Source: an uncultured SAR86 cluster bacterium (GTDB lineage: Bacteria > Pseudomonadota > Gammaproteobacteria > Magnimaribacterales > AG-339-G14). Taken from it: 64,000 nt of DNA. Within the stretch, counting starts at the first letter, position 1, and each line of letters begins with the position of its first letter. Positions 38,104-47,621 of the stretch are shown here, piece after piece. The position numbers were made by a program, and so were the translations under genes. The notes under the pieces are model-generated. The model did no database searches. It had not been told where the DNA came from and saw nothing but the letters and a program-made list of their open reading frames with translations. The stretch is taken from contig CACESE010000001.1 in the NCBI GenBank assembly GCA_902562135.1, positions 30,181-94,180 of the forward strand, written 5' to 3'.

Positions 38104-39120
38104 TTGAATTCAAACTTAACTTCCGTTCAAAATAGTTGGCTTAAAAATTTCTTTGAGATCAATTCTTTTGGAGAAATTATTAGTTCAGATCAACTCAGGA
38201 TAGAGTCTAGTCAAAGAAAATTTTTTCGTATTAAATCTTCAAAAAATTCTTTGATACTCATGATTGTTCCACCAGGCATTGAAGAAAGTGTTAGCTCTTT
38301 TGTTACAAAAGGAAATTATTTTCATAAATATGATGTAAATGTTCCTCAGATTTATGCTTCGGATGAAGATTTAGGTTTGATTCTTGTGGAAGACTTTGGG
38401 GATAAAATTTACCAATTCAATATAGAAAAAGCTCCAGATAAATTTTATGAATTAGCTATTAATGAATTAATAAAAATTCAATCAATTGACAAAAATAACA
38501 TGCTTTTTAAAAAATTAGATTTTGAAATTTTTGAAATGAATTGGAATTTATTTGAAAAATATTTTTTTGATAATTTCTTGGGAATGTCTGATAGAAAATT
38601 ACTTAATCAAATCAAAGAAGGTTATAAATTTGTATGCAACCAGCTCAGTCTTCAACCCGAAGTTATTTGCCATTACGATTTTGAATGTAGGAACCTAATT
38701 TATACCAAAGATAAAAAAGCAGGAATTTTGGATTTTCAAGATGCAGTCATTGGCCCAATTGGCCTTGACCTTGCTTCCTTGTTTAAAGATCTTTATTACG
38801 ACTGGCCTGAAGAAAAAATTGTTGATTGGTATAGTGAATATAATGAAAAACTTAAAAGAATTTTAAACATAGAACTTAATTTAGAATCACTTGTCAAATT
38901 TATAGATTTCGCAAGTATCCAAAGACAGGTAAGAATTTTAGGAAAGTTATCTCAAGTTTTTGAGCAATTAAACAGGTTAGAAAGGCTTAAAGACTTTCAA
39001 AAATTAATTAATTATCTAAAAAACACTTCAGAAAAATATTCAGAATTAAAAAACTTTTCTTGCTCTATAGCTATTTTGCAGGAGCCTTTAAAAATAAAAT
39101 TGGAAAAAATATTTTCATGA
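38104..39120 (+). CDS. amgK: APH-fold kinase, AmgK-like (anomeric MurNAc/GlcNAc kinase)
   Basis: 338 aa with a TTG start. Kinase catalytic region CHYDFECRNLIY and ILDFQDAVIGPIGLDLASL. Divergent-from-lptD position and ATGA coupling to murU reproduce the Pseudomonas amgK-murU arrangement. Confidence 0.7.
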   Translation: MNSNLTSVQNSWLKNFFEINSFGEIISSDQLRIESSQRKFFRIKSSKNSLILMIVPPGIEESVSSFVTKGNYFHKYDVNVPQIYASDEDLGLILVEDFGDKIYQFNIEKAPDKFYELAINELIKIQSIDKNNMLFKKLDFEIFEMNWNLFEKYFFDNFLGMSDRKLLNQIKEGYKFVCNQLSLQPEVICHYDFECRNLIYTKDKKAGILDFQDAVIGPIGLDLASLFKDLYYDWPEEKIVDWYSEYNEKLKRILNIELNLESLVKFIDFASIQRQVRILGKLSQVFEQLNRLERLKDFQKLINYLKNTSEKYSELKNFSCSIAILQEPLKIKLEKIFS

Positions 39121-39782
39121 AAGCATTTATTTTAGCTGCAGGAAAGGGGGAAAGATTAAAGCCTTTAACTAATGAAATCCCCAAGCCGCTAATTAAAATA
39201 AAAGGTAAGCCTTTATTGGAGTGGAGCTTAATCAAACTCAGAAGTGCTGGAATTAAAGAGATAGTTATCAATTTGCATCATTTAGGCGATCAAATTATTA
39301 ATTATTTTGGGAATGGCAAAAGATTAAATATAAAAATTGATTATTCAATTGAAGAAAAACTATTGGGAACTGGCGGCGCTTTGATTCAAGGAAAAAAATA
39401 TTTAGATGACTCTCCTTTTTTATTAATAAGTGGAGATTTATGGACAGATTATCCATTTCAAAGGCTTATATCGAAAGATTTAAAACAAAAAGCTCACTTA
39501 GTTCTTATAAAGAAAAATGAAGCTAGAAGTGGTGATTTTAATTTAATGAATTCAATAATTAATTCAGAATCATATGATAAAGAATATACATACTCTGGTA
39601 TTTCTTTATTAGATCCGTGTGTCATCCCACAAGGCGAATCTTTGAATAAAGAGTTATGGAATGATGTACTTAAACCTTTGACAAAAGATAATAAAATTTC
39701 TGGAGAGGTTTTCCATGGGCTTGTAAAAAACATTAACAAAGTAAGTGACATTGAAGAATTAGACGTTGCAATCACTGAATAG
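39117..39782 (+). CDS. murU: N-acetylmuramate alpha-1-phosphate uridylyltransferase
   Basis: MKAFILAAGKGERLKPLT...PKPL nucleotidyltransferase N-terminus, and LISGDLWTD. Closely collinear with my recollection of P. putida MurU. The start is the ATG at 39117 (ATGA overlap). Confidence 0.8.
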   Translation: MKAFILAAGKGERLKPLTNEIPKPLIKIKGKPLLEWSLIKLRSAGIKEIVINLHHLGDQIINYFGNGKRLNIKIDYSIEEKLLGTGGALIQGKKYLDDSPFLLISGDLWTDYPFQRLISKDLKQKAHLVLIKKNEARSGDFNLMNSIINSESYDKEYTYSGISLLDPCVIPQGESLNKELWNDVLKPLTKDNKISGEVFHGLVKNINKVSDIEELDVAITE

Positions 39783-39794
39783 TAAAATTTCTAT

Positions 39795-40463
39795 ATGTCA
39801 AAACAACCAAATATAATTGCTCCATCCATTCTGTCGGCTGACTTTGCAAGGTTAGGAGAAGAAGTTGTAAATGTTTTGGAAGCTGGTGCTGACTGGATTC
39901 ATTTTGACGTGATGGATAATCATTTTGTTCCAAATCTTACTGTTGGACCTATGGTTTGCGAATCTCTCAGGAAAAATAACATTTCTTGTCCTATTGATGT
40001 TCACTTGATGGTTCAACCCGTGGACGATTTAATAAAAATGTTTGCTGACAGTGGCGCAACATCAATAACTTTTCATCCAGAGGCTTCAAACGACCCTGAT
40101 AAATCTCTAGAGTTAATTGAAAATTTAGGCTGTAAACCAGGACTAGTTTTGAATCCCGATATTTCCCTAAACGTTTTAGAGCCATATTTAGAAGATATTT
40201 ATATGGTTCTTTTAATGAGCGTTTTCCCGGGATTTGGAGGTCAAAAATTTATTCCCGAAGTTTTGGATAAAGTAAGAAATTTACGACAACAAATCGATGA
40301 AAAGAATCTTGAAGTCAGACTGGAAATAGACGGTGGAGTAAATTCAGAAAATATTTCTGATATTTCGTCTGCTGGAGCAGATACATTTGTTGCAGGTTCA
40401 GCGATCTTTAATAACAAAAATTACTCTAATGCAATTAAGAATCTCAGGGATAATTTTTATTAA
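39795..40463 (+). CDS. rpe: Ribulose-phosphate 3-epimerase
   Basis: 222 aa. APSILSADF, HFDVMDNHFVPNLT, DVHLMV and GFGGQKF motifs. Confidence 0.95.
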   Translation: MSKQPNIIAPSILSADFARLGEEVVNVLEAGADWIHFDVMDNHFVPNLTVGPMVCESLRKNNISCPIDVHLMVQPVDDLIKMFADSGATSITFHPEASNDPDKSLELIENLGCKPGLVLNPDISLNVLEPYLEDIYMVLLMSVFPGFGGQKFIPEVLDKVRNLRQQIDEKNLEVRLEIDGGVNSENISDISSAGADTFVAGSAIFNNKNYSNAIKNLRDNFY

Positions 40464-40830
40464 TTTATTTGCAATTAATCTTTTTGCGAGCGAAATTAAC
40501 TGTTCTGAAGGATTTAGCTTTGGAGCAGACAAAAAAAGCTGTATAAAGTTTTTGACTACTGATGAAGAAAGAAAAAAGGGTTTGATGTTTCAAGAGAAAT
40601 TGGCACCCAGCCACGAACTACATTTTTTATGGAGTGATTCTAAATTTAGATGTATGTGGATGAAAAATACAAGTATTGAAATTGATATTTTATTTATCGA
40701 CGATGATAAAAATCTTATTCTTGAAAAAGGTCAACCTTATTCTAAGAAGAAAATTTGTCACGCAGCAAAAGTTGTTATTGAAGCTAATAAAGGTGAGCTT
40801 TCAAGAAAATATAACTTAATTTATGAATAA
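40429..40830 (+). CDS. Secreted DUF192 protein
   Basis: 133 aa from the ATG at 40429. Signal-like N-terminus (MQLRISGIIFINLFAINLFASE), then DUF192-type blocks (GLMF, MWMKNTSIEIDILFID). Confidence 0.6.
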   Translation: MQLRISGIIFINLFAINLFASEINCSEGFSFGADKKSCIKFLTTDEERKKGLMFQEKLAPSHELHFLWSDSKFRCMWMKNTSIEIDILFIDDDKNLILEKGQPYSKKKICHAAKVVIEANKGELSRKYNLIYE

Positions 40831-40833
40831 GCG

Positions 40834-42180
40834 ATGAAACGAAAAGCCTTTTTCAAAAATATATCCGGAGAACAATTCTCTCCTTTGGAAATATATTTGA
40901 AGTTTTTAGATGAAGATAATTCCTATTTCTTTGAGAGTGTAGAAGGGGGTGAGAAATGGGCAAAGTATTCGATTATTGGGCTGCCAACTAAAAATAAAAT
41001 AAGTTTTAGAAATAATCCTTTGGAAGAAATTGACTCATTTATAAAATTGCATAAAACAGAAAAAGTTGAAGGTCTTCCCGATTTTGCAGGAGGTTTAGTT
41101 GGATATTTTAGTTATGACACGATCAGATTAATAGAGAACAAATTAAGTAATTCAACAAAACCCGAATTGAATTACAAAGAAATATCCTTAATGATTTCAG
41201 ATGAAGTCATTGTTTATGACAATTACGAAAAAAGATTATTTGTTATTGTTAATGATTATGAAGATAACCAAGATCAAGCTCTTTCCAGAATTGAAGAAAT
41301 TTTAGATATTGTCAGAACTCCTTTTGAAGAAAAAGAAGAGCCCAAAAAAAATGAAATAAATTTTAGCTCTTCTGTTTCTAAGCAAGAGTATTTAAATAAC
41401 GTGAAAAAAATTAAAGACTATATTATTGAAGGAGACGTTATGCAGGTAGTTTATGGGCAAGAGTTTTCAAGCCCTTTTACGGGCTCTCCAATAAATTTAT
41501 ATAAATCGTTAAGAAAATTAAATCCTTCTCCATACATGTATTTCCTAAAAATTGACGATTTGCATATTGTAGGCGCGTCACCAGAAATTCTAGTTAGACT
41601 TCAAAATAATCAAGTCACAGTAAGGCCAATAGCAGGAACCATTAAGAGAGGGAAAAATGAAAAAGAAGATGCAGAATTGGCAGAAAAATTAAAAAATGAT
41701 GAAAAAGAAATTGCAGAGCATCTAATGCTAATAGACCTTGGAAGAAATGATGTAGGCAGAATTGCTAAAACAGGAAGTGTTAAGACGACTGATCAAATGA
41801 TTATTGAAAAATATTCACACGTGATGCATTTAGTATCAAATGTCGTTGGAGATTTGAATGAAAATCAATCTGCTATAGACGTTTTAAAGGCAACGCTGCC
41901 CGCAGGTACCTTATCAGGAGCTCCTAAAGTAAGAGCTATGGAAATAATAGATGAGTTGGAACCTGACCGAAGAGGAGTTTATGGCGGAGCGGTTGGATAT
42001 TTATCATGGACTGGAAATATGGATACCGCAATTGCTATAAGAACTGCTGTGATACAAAACAATACTATTAAAGTAAGAGCAGGAGGCGGAATTGTGCATG
42101 ATTCAGATCCTGAATCAGAATTTCAAGAGTCTTTAAATAAAGCTCAATCTATTTTTAAAGCAATCGAGGATATGGATTAA
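40834..42180 (+). CDS. trpE: Anthranilate synthase component I
   Basis: 448 aa. Chorismate-binding motifs (LNPSPYMYFL, RPIAGT, GTLSGAPK, GVYGGAVGY). Confidence 0.95.
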   Translation: MKRKAFFKNISGEQFSPLEIYLKFLDEDNSYFFESVEGGEKWAKYSIIGLPTKNKISFRNNPLEEIDSFIKLHKTEKVEGLPDFAGGLVGYFSYDTIRLIENKLSNSTKPELNYKEISLMISDEVIVYDNYEKRLFVIVNDYEDNQDQALSRIEEILDIVRTPFEEKEEPKKNEINFSSSVSKQEYLNNVKKIKDYIIEGDVMQVVYGQEFSSPFTGSPINLYKSLRKLNPSPYMYFLKIDDLHIVGASPEILVRLQNNQVTVRPIAGTIKRGKNEKEDAELAEKLKNDEKEIAEHLMLIDLGRNDVGRIAKTGSVKTTDQMIIEKYSHVMHLVSNVVGDLNENQSAIDVLKATLPAGTLSGAPKVRAMEIIDELEPDRRGVYGGAVGYLSWTGNMDTAIAIRTAVIQNNTIKVRAGGGIVHDSDPESEFQESLNKAQSIFKAIEDMD

Positions 42181-42746
42181 TGTTGCTGATGATAGACAAC
42201 TATGATTCATTCACTTACAACCTTGTTCAATACTTTGGAGAACTGGGACAAGATGTGAAAGTGTATAGAAATGACGAGATTACAATAGAAGAGGCACGAA
42301 AATTAAAACCTGAATACCTTGTAATTTCTCCTGGCCCTTGTGCGCCAAAACAAGCAGGCATTTCTTTAGAAATAATAAAAGAATTTAGAGCGAATCTGCC
42401 GATTCTTGGAGTGTGTCTAGGTCATCAAGCTATTGGAGAGGCTTTTGGAGGAAATATAGTGAAAGCTCCAAAACCTATGCATGGCAAATTATCGAAAATT
42501 CAGCACAATTCTAAATTTTTATTTTCAAATATTGAAAATAATTTTTTAGTGACTCGATATCATTCTTTGACAATAGATCCACAATCATTACCAGATGAAT
42601 TAGAAATTACGGCAAAATCTGAAGACGGCGTCATTATGGGAATTCAACATAAAGAATTCAATATATCAGGGGTTCAGTTTCACCCAGAATCTATAAAGAC
42701 TGAAAATGGAAAAAAAATACTATTAAACTTTCTTTCTTCAAAATGA
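42180..42746 (+). CDS. trpG: Anthranilate synthase component II (glutamine amidotransferase)
   Basis: 188 aa. IDNYDSFTYNLVQY, GVCLGHQ and VQFHPES motifs. Confidence 0.95.
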   Translation: MLLMIDNYDSFTYNLVQYFGELGQDVKVYRNDEITIEEARKLKPEYLVISPGPCAPKQAGISLEIIKEFRANLPILGVCLGHQAIGEAFGGNIVKAPKPMHGKLSKIQHNSKFLFSNIENNFLVTRYHSLTIDPQSLPDELEITAKSEDGVIMGIQHKEFNISGVQFHPESIKTENGKKILLNFLSSK

Positions 42747-43777
42747 GTTCTAAAGAGATTATAAAAAAAGTTTTATCAAATAATCTGACTCAGTCAGAAT
42801 CAGCTTCAGTGATGCAAGATATTTTTATGGGCAAAGTAGCTGATCAGGAAATCGAAAATTTTTTAACATCTTTATCAAGTAAAGGAGAAACTTCAGATGA
42901 ATTGACAGGGGCAGTTTTAGCAATGAGAAATTCCTCTCTTAAAGTAAAATTGAAATCACAAGATAATCTTGTTGATTGTTGTGGTACAGGCGGCCTCGGA
43001 AAAAGCATGATGAATATTTCAACAGCATCTGCGTTTGTTGCGTCAGCTGCTGAAGTAAAAATTGCGAAGCATGGAAACCGTTCGGCTACTGGCAAAAGTG
43101 GAAGTGCAGATTTATTAGAAGCAGCAAATGTAAATTTGAATATCAAACCAGAGGAGGTAGCAAAATGCATAGAAGAAATTGGAATTGGATTCATGTTTGC
43201 GCCAAATTTTCACCCTGGAATGAAATATGTCATGCCTGCGAGAAAAAGAATTGCTGATAAAACAATTTTTAACCTTCTTGGTCCTTTAACAAATCCAGCA
43301 AATGCTAAAAGACAAAGTTTAGGAGTATACGATTCTAAGTGGATTATTCCTGTCGCAGAAACTTTGAGAAATCTTGGTAGTAATAAAGCAATGGTTTTCC
43401 ATTCTAAGGATGGTCTTGATGAAATAAGTTCAGTAGACAAAACTCATGTTGCTGAATTAGATGAAGGTAAAATTAAAGAATATGAGATTGATCCCAAAAC
43501 ATACGACATTCATCAAAAAAATTTTAAAGACCTTCAAATAGAGTCACCATTTGACAGCTTAGATCTGATTAAAGCGACTTTAGGAAATGAAGATTTTAAG
43601 GCAGGTGAAAATATTGTTTCTTTAAATTCAGCGGCAGTCATTTACGTTTCAGGTATAGCTAGAAATTTTGAAAGTGCCCTTGAAATTGCAATTGATGCTA
43701 TAAAATCAGGTAAGGCCTTAAAAAAACTAAACGAACTTGCATCTTTTTCAAACGCTTTCAATGAATCATCTGAATAA
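42743..43777 (+). CDS. trpD: Anthranilate phosphoribosyltransferase
   Basis: 344 aa. DCCGTGG, KHGNRS and GSADLLEA motifs. Confidence 0.95.
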   Translation: MSSKEIIKKVLSNNLTQSESASVMQDIFMGKVADQEIENFLTSLSSKGETSDELTGAVLAMRNSSLKVKLKSQDNLVDCCGTGGLGKSMMNISTASAFVASAAEVKIAKHGNRSATGKSGSADLLEAANVNLNIKPEEVAKCIEEIGIGFMFAPNFHPGMKYVMPARKRIADKTIFNLLGPLTNPANAKRQSLGVYDSKWIIPVAETLRNLGSNKAMVFHSKDGLDEISSVDKTHVAELDEGKIKEYEIDPKTYDIHQKNFKDLQIESPFDSLDLIKATLGNEDFKAGENIVSLNSAAVIYVSGIARNFESALEIAIDAIKSGKALKKLNELASFSNAFNESSE

Positions 43778-44543
43778 AATAATAGAAATTACTGAAGAGA
43801 CGGTAAAAAAATCTCTTTCTTCTAGATCTGTAGGATCTTTAGAAGATGATTTCGATAAATTTAAAAAAAGAGATTTTCAAAAGGTAATTTCCACGAAAGT
43901 CGCCAAGGAAGAAACTGCAATTATTGCTGAGATAAAAAAAGCATCTCCAAGCAGGGGCTTGATTAGAAAAGATTTCGACCCTCAAAAGATTGCTGAAGAA
44001 TACGAATCAAATGGAGCTGTTTGCTTGAGTGTTCTCACAGATGAACCTTTTTTTCAAGGAAAACTAGAATATTTGGAAATAGTAAGAAATTCTTGTGATT
44101 TACCTATTCTAAGAAAAGATTTTATGATCGATCCGTATCAAATATATGAAACAAAAGCATATGGCGGTGATTGTGTCCTTTTGATTGTGGCAGCTCTGGA
44201 CAAAATTCAATTGAGAGATTTTTCTCAACTTGCTAAAGAGCTAGATTTAGATATTCTTATAGAGGTTCATTCTGAAGCTGAGTTATTTGATGCTCTAACA
44301 ATTGACCCCAAGCTGTTGGGTATTAACAATAGAGATCTCACGACATTTGAGGTAGATAAAAATTTGTCAATTAAACTTGCAAAACAGATGCCTAATGATA
44401 TTAATGTTATCTCGGAAAGCGGAATTAGAACGAGAGAAGACATCTTTAACTGCAAGGGACATGGAATACATAGTTTTTTGATCGGTGAAAGCTTAATGAA
44501 GGAAAATAGTCCTGGCAAGGCTTTGAAGGAAATTCTAAGTTAA
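43761..44543 (+). CDS. trpC: Indole-3-glycerol phosphate synthase
   Basis: IAEIKKASPS, LSVLTDEPFFQG, ILRKDF and GINNRDL motifs. I prefer the ATG at 43761 over the track start at 43737. Confidence 0.93.
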   Translation: MNHLNKIIEITEETVKKSLSSRSVGSLEDDFDKFKKRDFQKVISTKVAKEETAIIAEIKKASPSRGLIRKDFDPQKIAEEYESNGAVCLSVLTDEPFFQGKLEYLEIVRNSCDLPILRKDFMIDPYQIYETKAYGGDCVLLIVAALDKIQLRDFSQLAKELDLDILIEVHSEAELFDALTIDPKLLGINNRDLTTFEVDKNLSIKLAKQMPNDINVISESGIRTREDIFNCKGHGIHSFLIGESLMKENSPGKALKEILS

Positions 44544-44546
44544 GAT

Positions 44547-45812
44547 TCATTGATTCCTTTTTCCAATATCCTTTCTATAAAAAGCTCCTTCCCAAGAAAT
44601 TTTTGAAGTTGATTCATAAGCAGATTGAAAGGCATTTTCCAAGTTTTCACCCAAACCTGTCACGCACAGTACACGACCTCCATCAGTAAGAATTTCTCCA
44701 GCTATTTTTTTTGTTCCACAATGAAATACTTTAATTGATTCGCTTTCTTCTGAGATTCCAGAAATTGGAAAACCAATGTCATATTTTTCAGGATAGCCCT
44801 TTGATGCCATAACGACTCCTAAAGCATATCTATCATCCCATTCAATAATTTCGTTTTCTAATTCTGTTTTTGATGCTTTCAAACAAAGCTTCAAAAAATC
44901 ACTTTTCATTCTCATTAATATTGGTTGAGTTTCAGGATCGCCAAATCTACAGTTGTACTCCAAGACTTTTATCTCATTCTTTTCGATCATTAACCCTGCA
45001 TACAAAAATCCTTTATATTTTATGCCTCTGTTTTTTAATTCTGCTAGAGTAGGTTCAATTATTTTATTCATAATTTCGTCATTCAATTCATTCGTAATTA
45101 AAGGGGTAGGGGAATAAGCCCCCATCCCGCCAGTGTTAGGACCTTTGTCCCCGTCGTCTCTTTGTTTATGATCTTGAGAACTTGCTAAAGGAATAACATT
45201 TTTACCATCACAAAGGACAATAAAACTGGCTTCTTCTCCTCTTAAAAACTCCTCTACAACAAGATTATCTCCAGCTGAACCAAGTTTTTGTTTAACCATC
45301 AGGCTATTGAGTGCTTCAAATGCTTCTTCTCTGGAAAATGCAACTATTACTCCTTTGCCGCCAGCTAATCCATCTGCTTTCAAAACGACAGGAATTTCAC
45401 AGTTTTTAAGAAATTCTTTTGCAGTTGCAGCCTCAGAGAATACTTTGTGATTTGCAGTAGGAATGTTCCCCTTTTTTAAGACATCTTTCATAAAAATTTT
45501 TGATCCTTCCATCTGAGCAGCTAGTTTATTAGGACCTAAACAAAGAAGGTTATTTTTCTCGAACAAATCAACAATTCCCATCACTAGAGGAGCTTCGGGA
45601 CCAACGATACTGAGATCAATCCTTTCAGTTTTTGCAAATTCTAGTAATCCGTCTAAATCTTCAGCTTTTATGTCTACGTTTTTTGTTTTAGGCTCCTTTG
45701 CTGTGCCAGCATTTCCTGGGGCAACAAAAATTTTTTCACAAAGATCGCTTTGAGCTATTTTCCATACTAGCGCGTGTTCTCTTCCTCCAGAACCTATTAC
45801 AAGAACTTTCAT
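44547..45812 (-). CDS. purD: Phosphoribosylamine-glycine ligase
   Basis: 421 aa. MKVLVIGSGGREHAL N-terminus, an ATP-grasp core, and GDPETQ. Confidence 0.95.
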   Translation of the reverse strand: MKVLVIGSGGREHALVWKIAQSDLCEKIFVAPGNAGTAKEPKTKNVDIKAEDLDGLLEFAKTERIDLSIVGPEAPLVMGIVDLFEKNNLLCLGPNKLAAQMEGSKIFMKDVLKKGNIPTANHKVFSEAATAKEFLKNCEIPVVLKADGLAGGKGVIVAFSREEAFEALNSLMVKQKLGSAGDNLVVEEFLRGEEASFIVLCDGKNVIPLASSQDHKQRDDGDKGPNTGGMGAYSPTPLITNELNDEIMNKIIEPTLAELKNRGIKYKGFLYAGLMIEKNEIKVLEYNCRFGDPETQPILMRMKSDFLKLCLKASKTELENEIIEWDDRYALGVVMASKGYPEKYDIGFPISGISEESESIKVFHCGTKKIAGEILTDGGRVLCVTGLGENLENAFQSAYESTSKISWEGAFYRKDIGKRNQ

Positions 45813-47372
45813 TTAATGTCTAAAATGTCTCATGCCAGTGAATATCATAATCATGTTTGCTTCATTCGCTGCTGAAATAATCTCGTCATCTCTGATAGAG
45901 CCACCAGGTTGAATTATGCATGAAATGCCATTTTTAGCCGCTTCGTCGATACTGTCTCTAAACGGGAAAAAAGCATCAGAAGCCATACAAGAGCCATTTA
46001 GATCGAAACCAGCTTTTTTTGCTTTTTTTGCTGCTATTTCAGCACTATCAATTCTACTCATTTGCCCAGCCCCTATTCCTAATGTCTGATTTTTTGAGGC
46101 ATAAACAATCGCATTAGATTTTACATACTTACAAACTTTCCATGCAAACATAGCATTTTTTAATTCTTCTTTATTGGGCTTTTTCTCTGTTGCTACAATT
46201 AAATCTTTGTTCTCAATCTCTCCAGTATCAATACTTTGTAAAAGTAATCCTGAATCTACAGAGTGAAATTTTAAACCCGGATTAATTTTTTTTTGATTTT
46301 TAATTACCAATAGTCGGACATTTTTTTTAGTCTTAAACTGTTCCATAGCAGCTTTTGTAAAATTTGGAGCAGCCACCACCTCAATAAACTGATTTTCTAT
46401 TAAATAGTTTGCAGTTTTTTCATCTATTTCTTTATTGACCGCTATTATTCCCCCAAATGCAGAAGTTGGATCGCATGCAAATGCTTTTTTATAAGCTTCT
46501 AAAACAGAATTAGAAGACGCTACTCCGCATGGATTAGCATGTTTAACAATTACGCAAGAAGCTTCAGAAAAATTGCTTACACACTCAAGCGCTGCATCTG
46601 TGTCTGCAATATTATTGTAGGAAAGCTCTTTTCCTTGCAGTTGAGTTGCAGAAGAAATTCCATTTGGACTTTCATTAGAAAGTTTATAAAAAGCAGCTTT
46701 TTGGTGAGGGTTTTCTCCGTATCTTAAATTATCAGACTTGTAATAAACTCCAAAGATTGATTTGGGTAAATCCTCTTCATCTAAATTTTCAAAAAAATTA
46801 GAAATAGATAGATCATATTTAGTCACATTACTAAAAGCTGTTTCTGCAAGCTTTAATCTAGTTGCATAAGAGATAGCTTTATTTTCCTCAAATTCTTTAA
46901 TAAAACTTTCGTATTCATTTGGTGAAGAAAGGACGGATACATAATAAAAGTTTTTTGCTGAAGCTCTTATCATTGTAGGGCCTCCAATATCTATATTTTC
47001 AATCGCCTCTTCAAAAGTTCCATTATTTTTTACTGTTTCTTCAAAGGGATATAAATTCACCACTACTAAATCAATCTCCTCAATTGAATTTTTTTTTACT
47101 TCATTTTTATCTATATTTCTTCTTGAAAGAATTCCTGCATGAACTTTTGGATGAAGTGTTTTCACTCTTCCATTCATCATTTCTTTAGATCCTGTGAATT
47201 CAGAAATATCTTTAACTTCTATTCCTGCTTCTTTTAAGAACTTTAATGTCCCTCCAGTTGAAATAATTTCTACACTTTCCTTTTGTAATGATTTTGCAAG
47301 AACAAGAATATTTTTTTTGTCTGAGACACTTATCAGGGCTCTTTTTATTTTTATCGAAGAATTTTTTGACAT
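45813..47372 (-). CDS. purH: Bifunctional AICAR transformylase / IMP cyclohydrolase
   Basis: 519 aa. ALISVSDK, KTLHPKVHAG, VVNLYPF, and C-terminal FTGMRHFRH. Confidence 0.96.
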   Translation of the reverse strand: MSKNSSIKIKRALISVSDKKNILVLAKSLQKESVEIISTGGTLKFLKEAGIEVKDISEFTGSKEMMNGRVKTLHPKVHAGILSRRNIDKNEVKKNSIEEIDLVVVNLYPFEETVKNNGTFEEAIENIDIGGPTMIRASAKNFYYVSVLSSPNEYESFIKEFEENKAISYATRLKLAETAFSNVTKYDLSISNFFENLDEEDLPKSIFGVYYKSDNLRYGENPHQKAAFYKLSNESPNGISSATQLQGKELSYNNIADTDAALECVSNFSEASCVIVKHANPCGVASSNSVLEAYKKAFACDPTSAFGGIIAVNKEIDEKTANYLIENQFIEVVAAPNFTKAAMEQFKTKKNVRLLVIKNQKKINPGLKFHSVDSGLLLQSIDTGEIENKDLIVATEKKPNKEELKNAMFAWKVCKYVKSNAIVYASKNQTLGIGAGQMSRIDSAEIAAKKAKKAGFDLNGSCMASDAFFPFRDSIDEAAKNGISCIIQPGGSIRDDEIISAANEANMIMIFTGMRHFRH

Positions 47373-47373
47373 A

Positions 47374-47619
47374 TTAGATGAGCTTATATGCTTTTAGTTT
47401 TGTTCTAAGAGTACCTCTGTTAATACCTAACATTTTACATGCCTCAGATTGATTACCTTTGCAATAAATCATTACTTCTTCTAATAATGGTTTTTCAACC
47501 TCTTTCATAACCATTTCAAAAACATCTTTAGGTTTATTACCGTCAAGATTCTTGAAGTACCTTCTCATTGAGAGACCAACTTGATACTTGAGAGTTTTTT
47601 TTTCCTCGTTTGCCGACAT
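47374..47619 (-). CDS. fis: DNA-binding nucleoid protein Fis
   Basis: 81 aa. The C-terminal HTH GNQSEACKMLGINRGTLRTKLKAY is collinear with the E. coli Fis C-terminus. fis-purH-purD order as in Pseudomonas. Confidence 0.9.
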   Translation of the reverse strand: MSANEEKKTLKYQVGLSMRRYFKNLDGNKPKDVFEMVMKEVEKPLLEEVMIYCKGNQSEACKMLGINRGTLRTKLKAYKLI

Positions 47620-47621
47620 AT

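Noticed and set aside
42844-43194. 116-aa antisense ORF inside trpD. Similar cases: 54009-54329 inside rpoD, 56069-56434 inside the receptor gene, 43210-43440, 39494-39775, 32493-31831-type ORFs inside rsmA, and 31773-32099 inside apaH
   Set aside because: All are fully nested antisense to genes with strong, motif-supported identities. Their translations are low-complexity or Ser/Leu/Phe-rich with no recognisable motifs. They are typical shadow ORFs.
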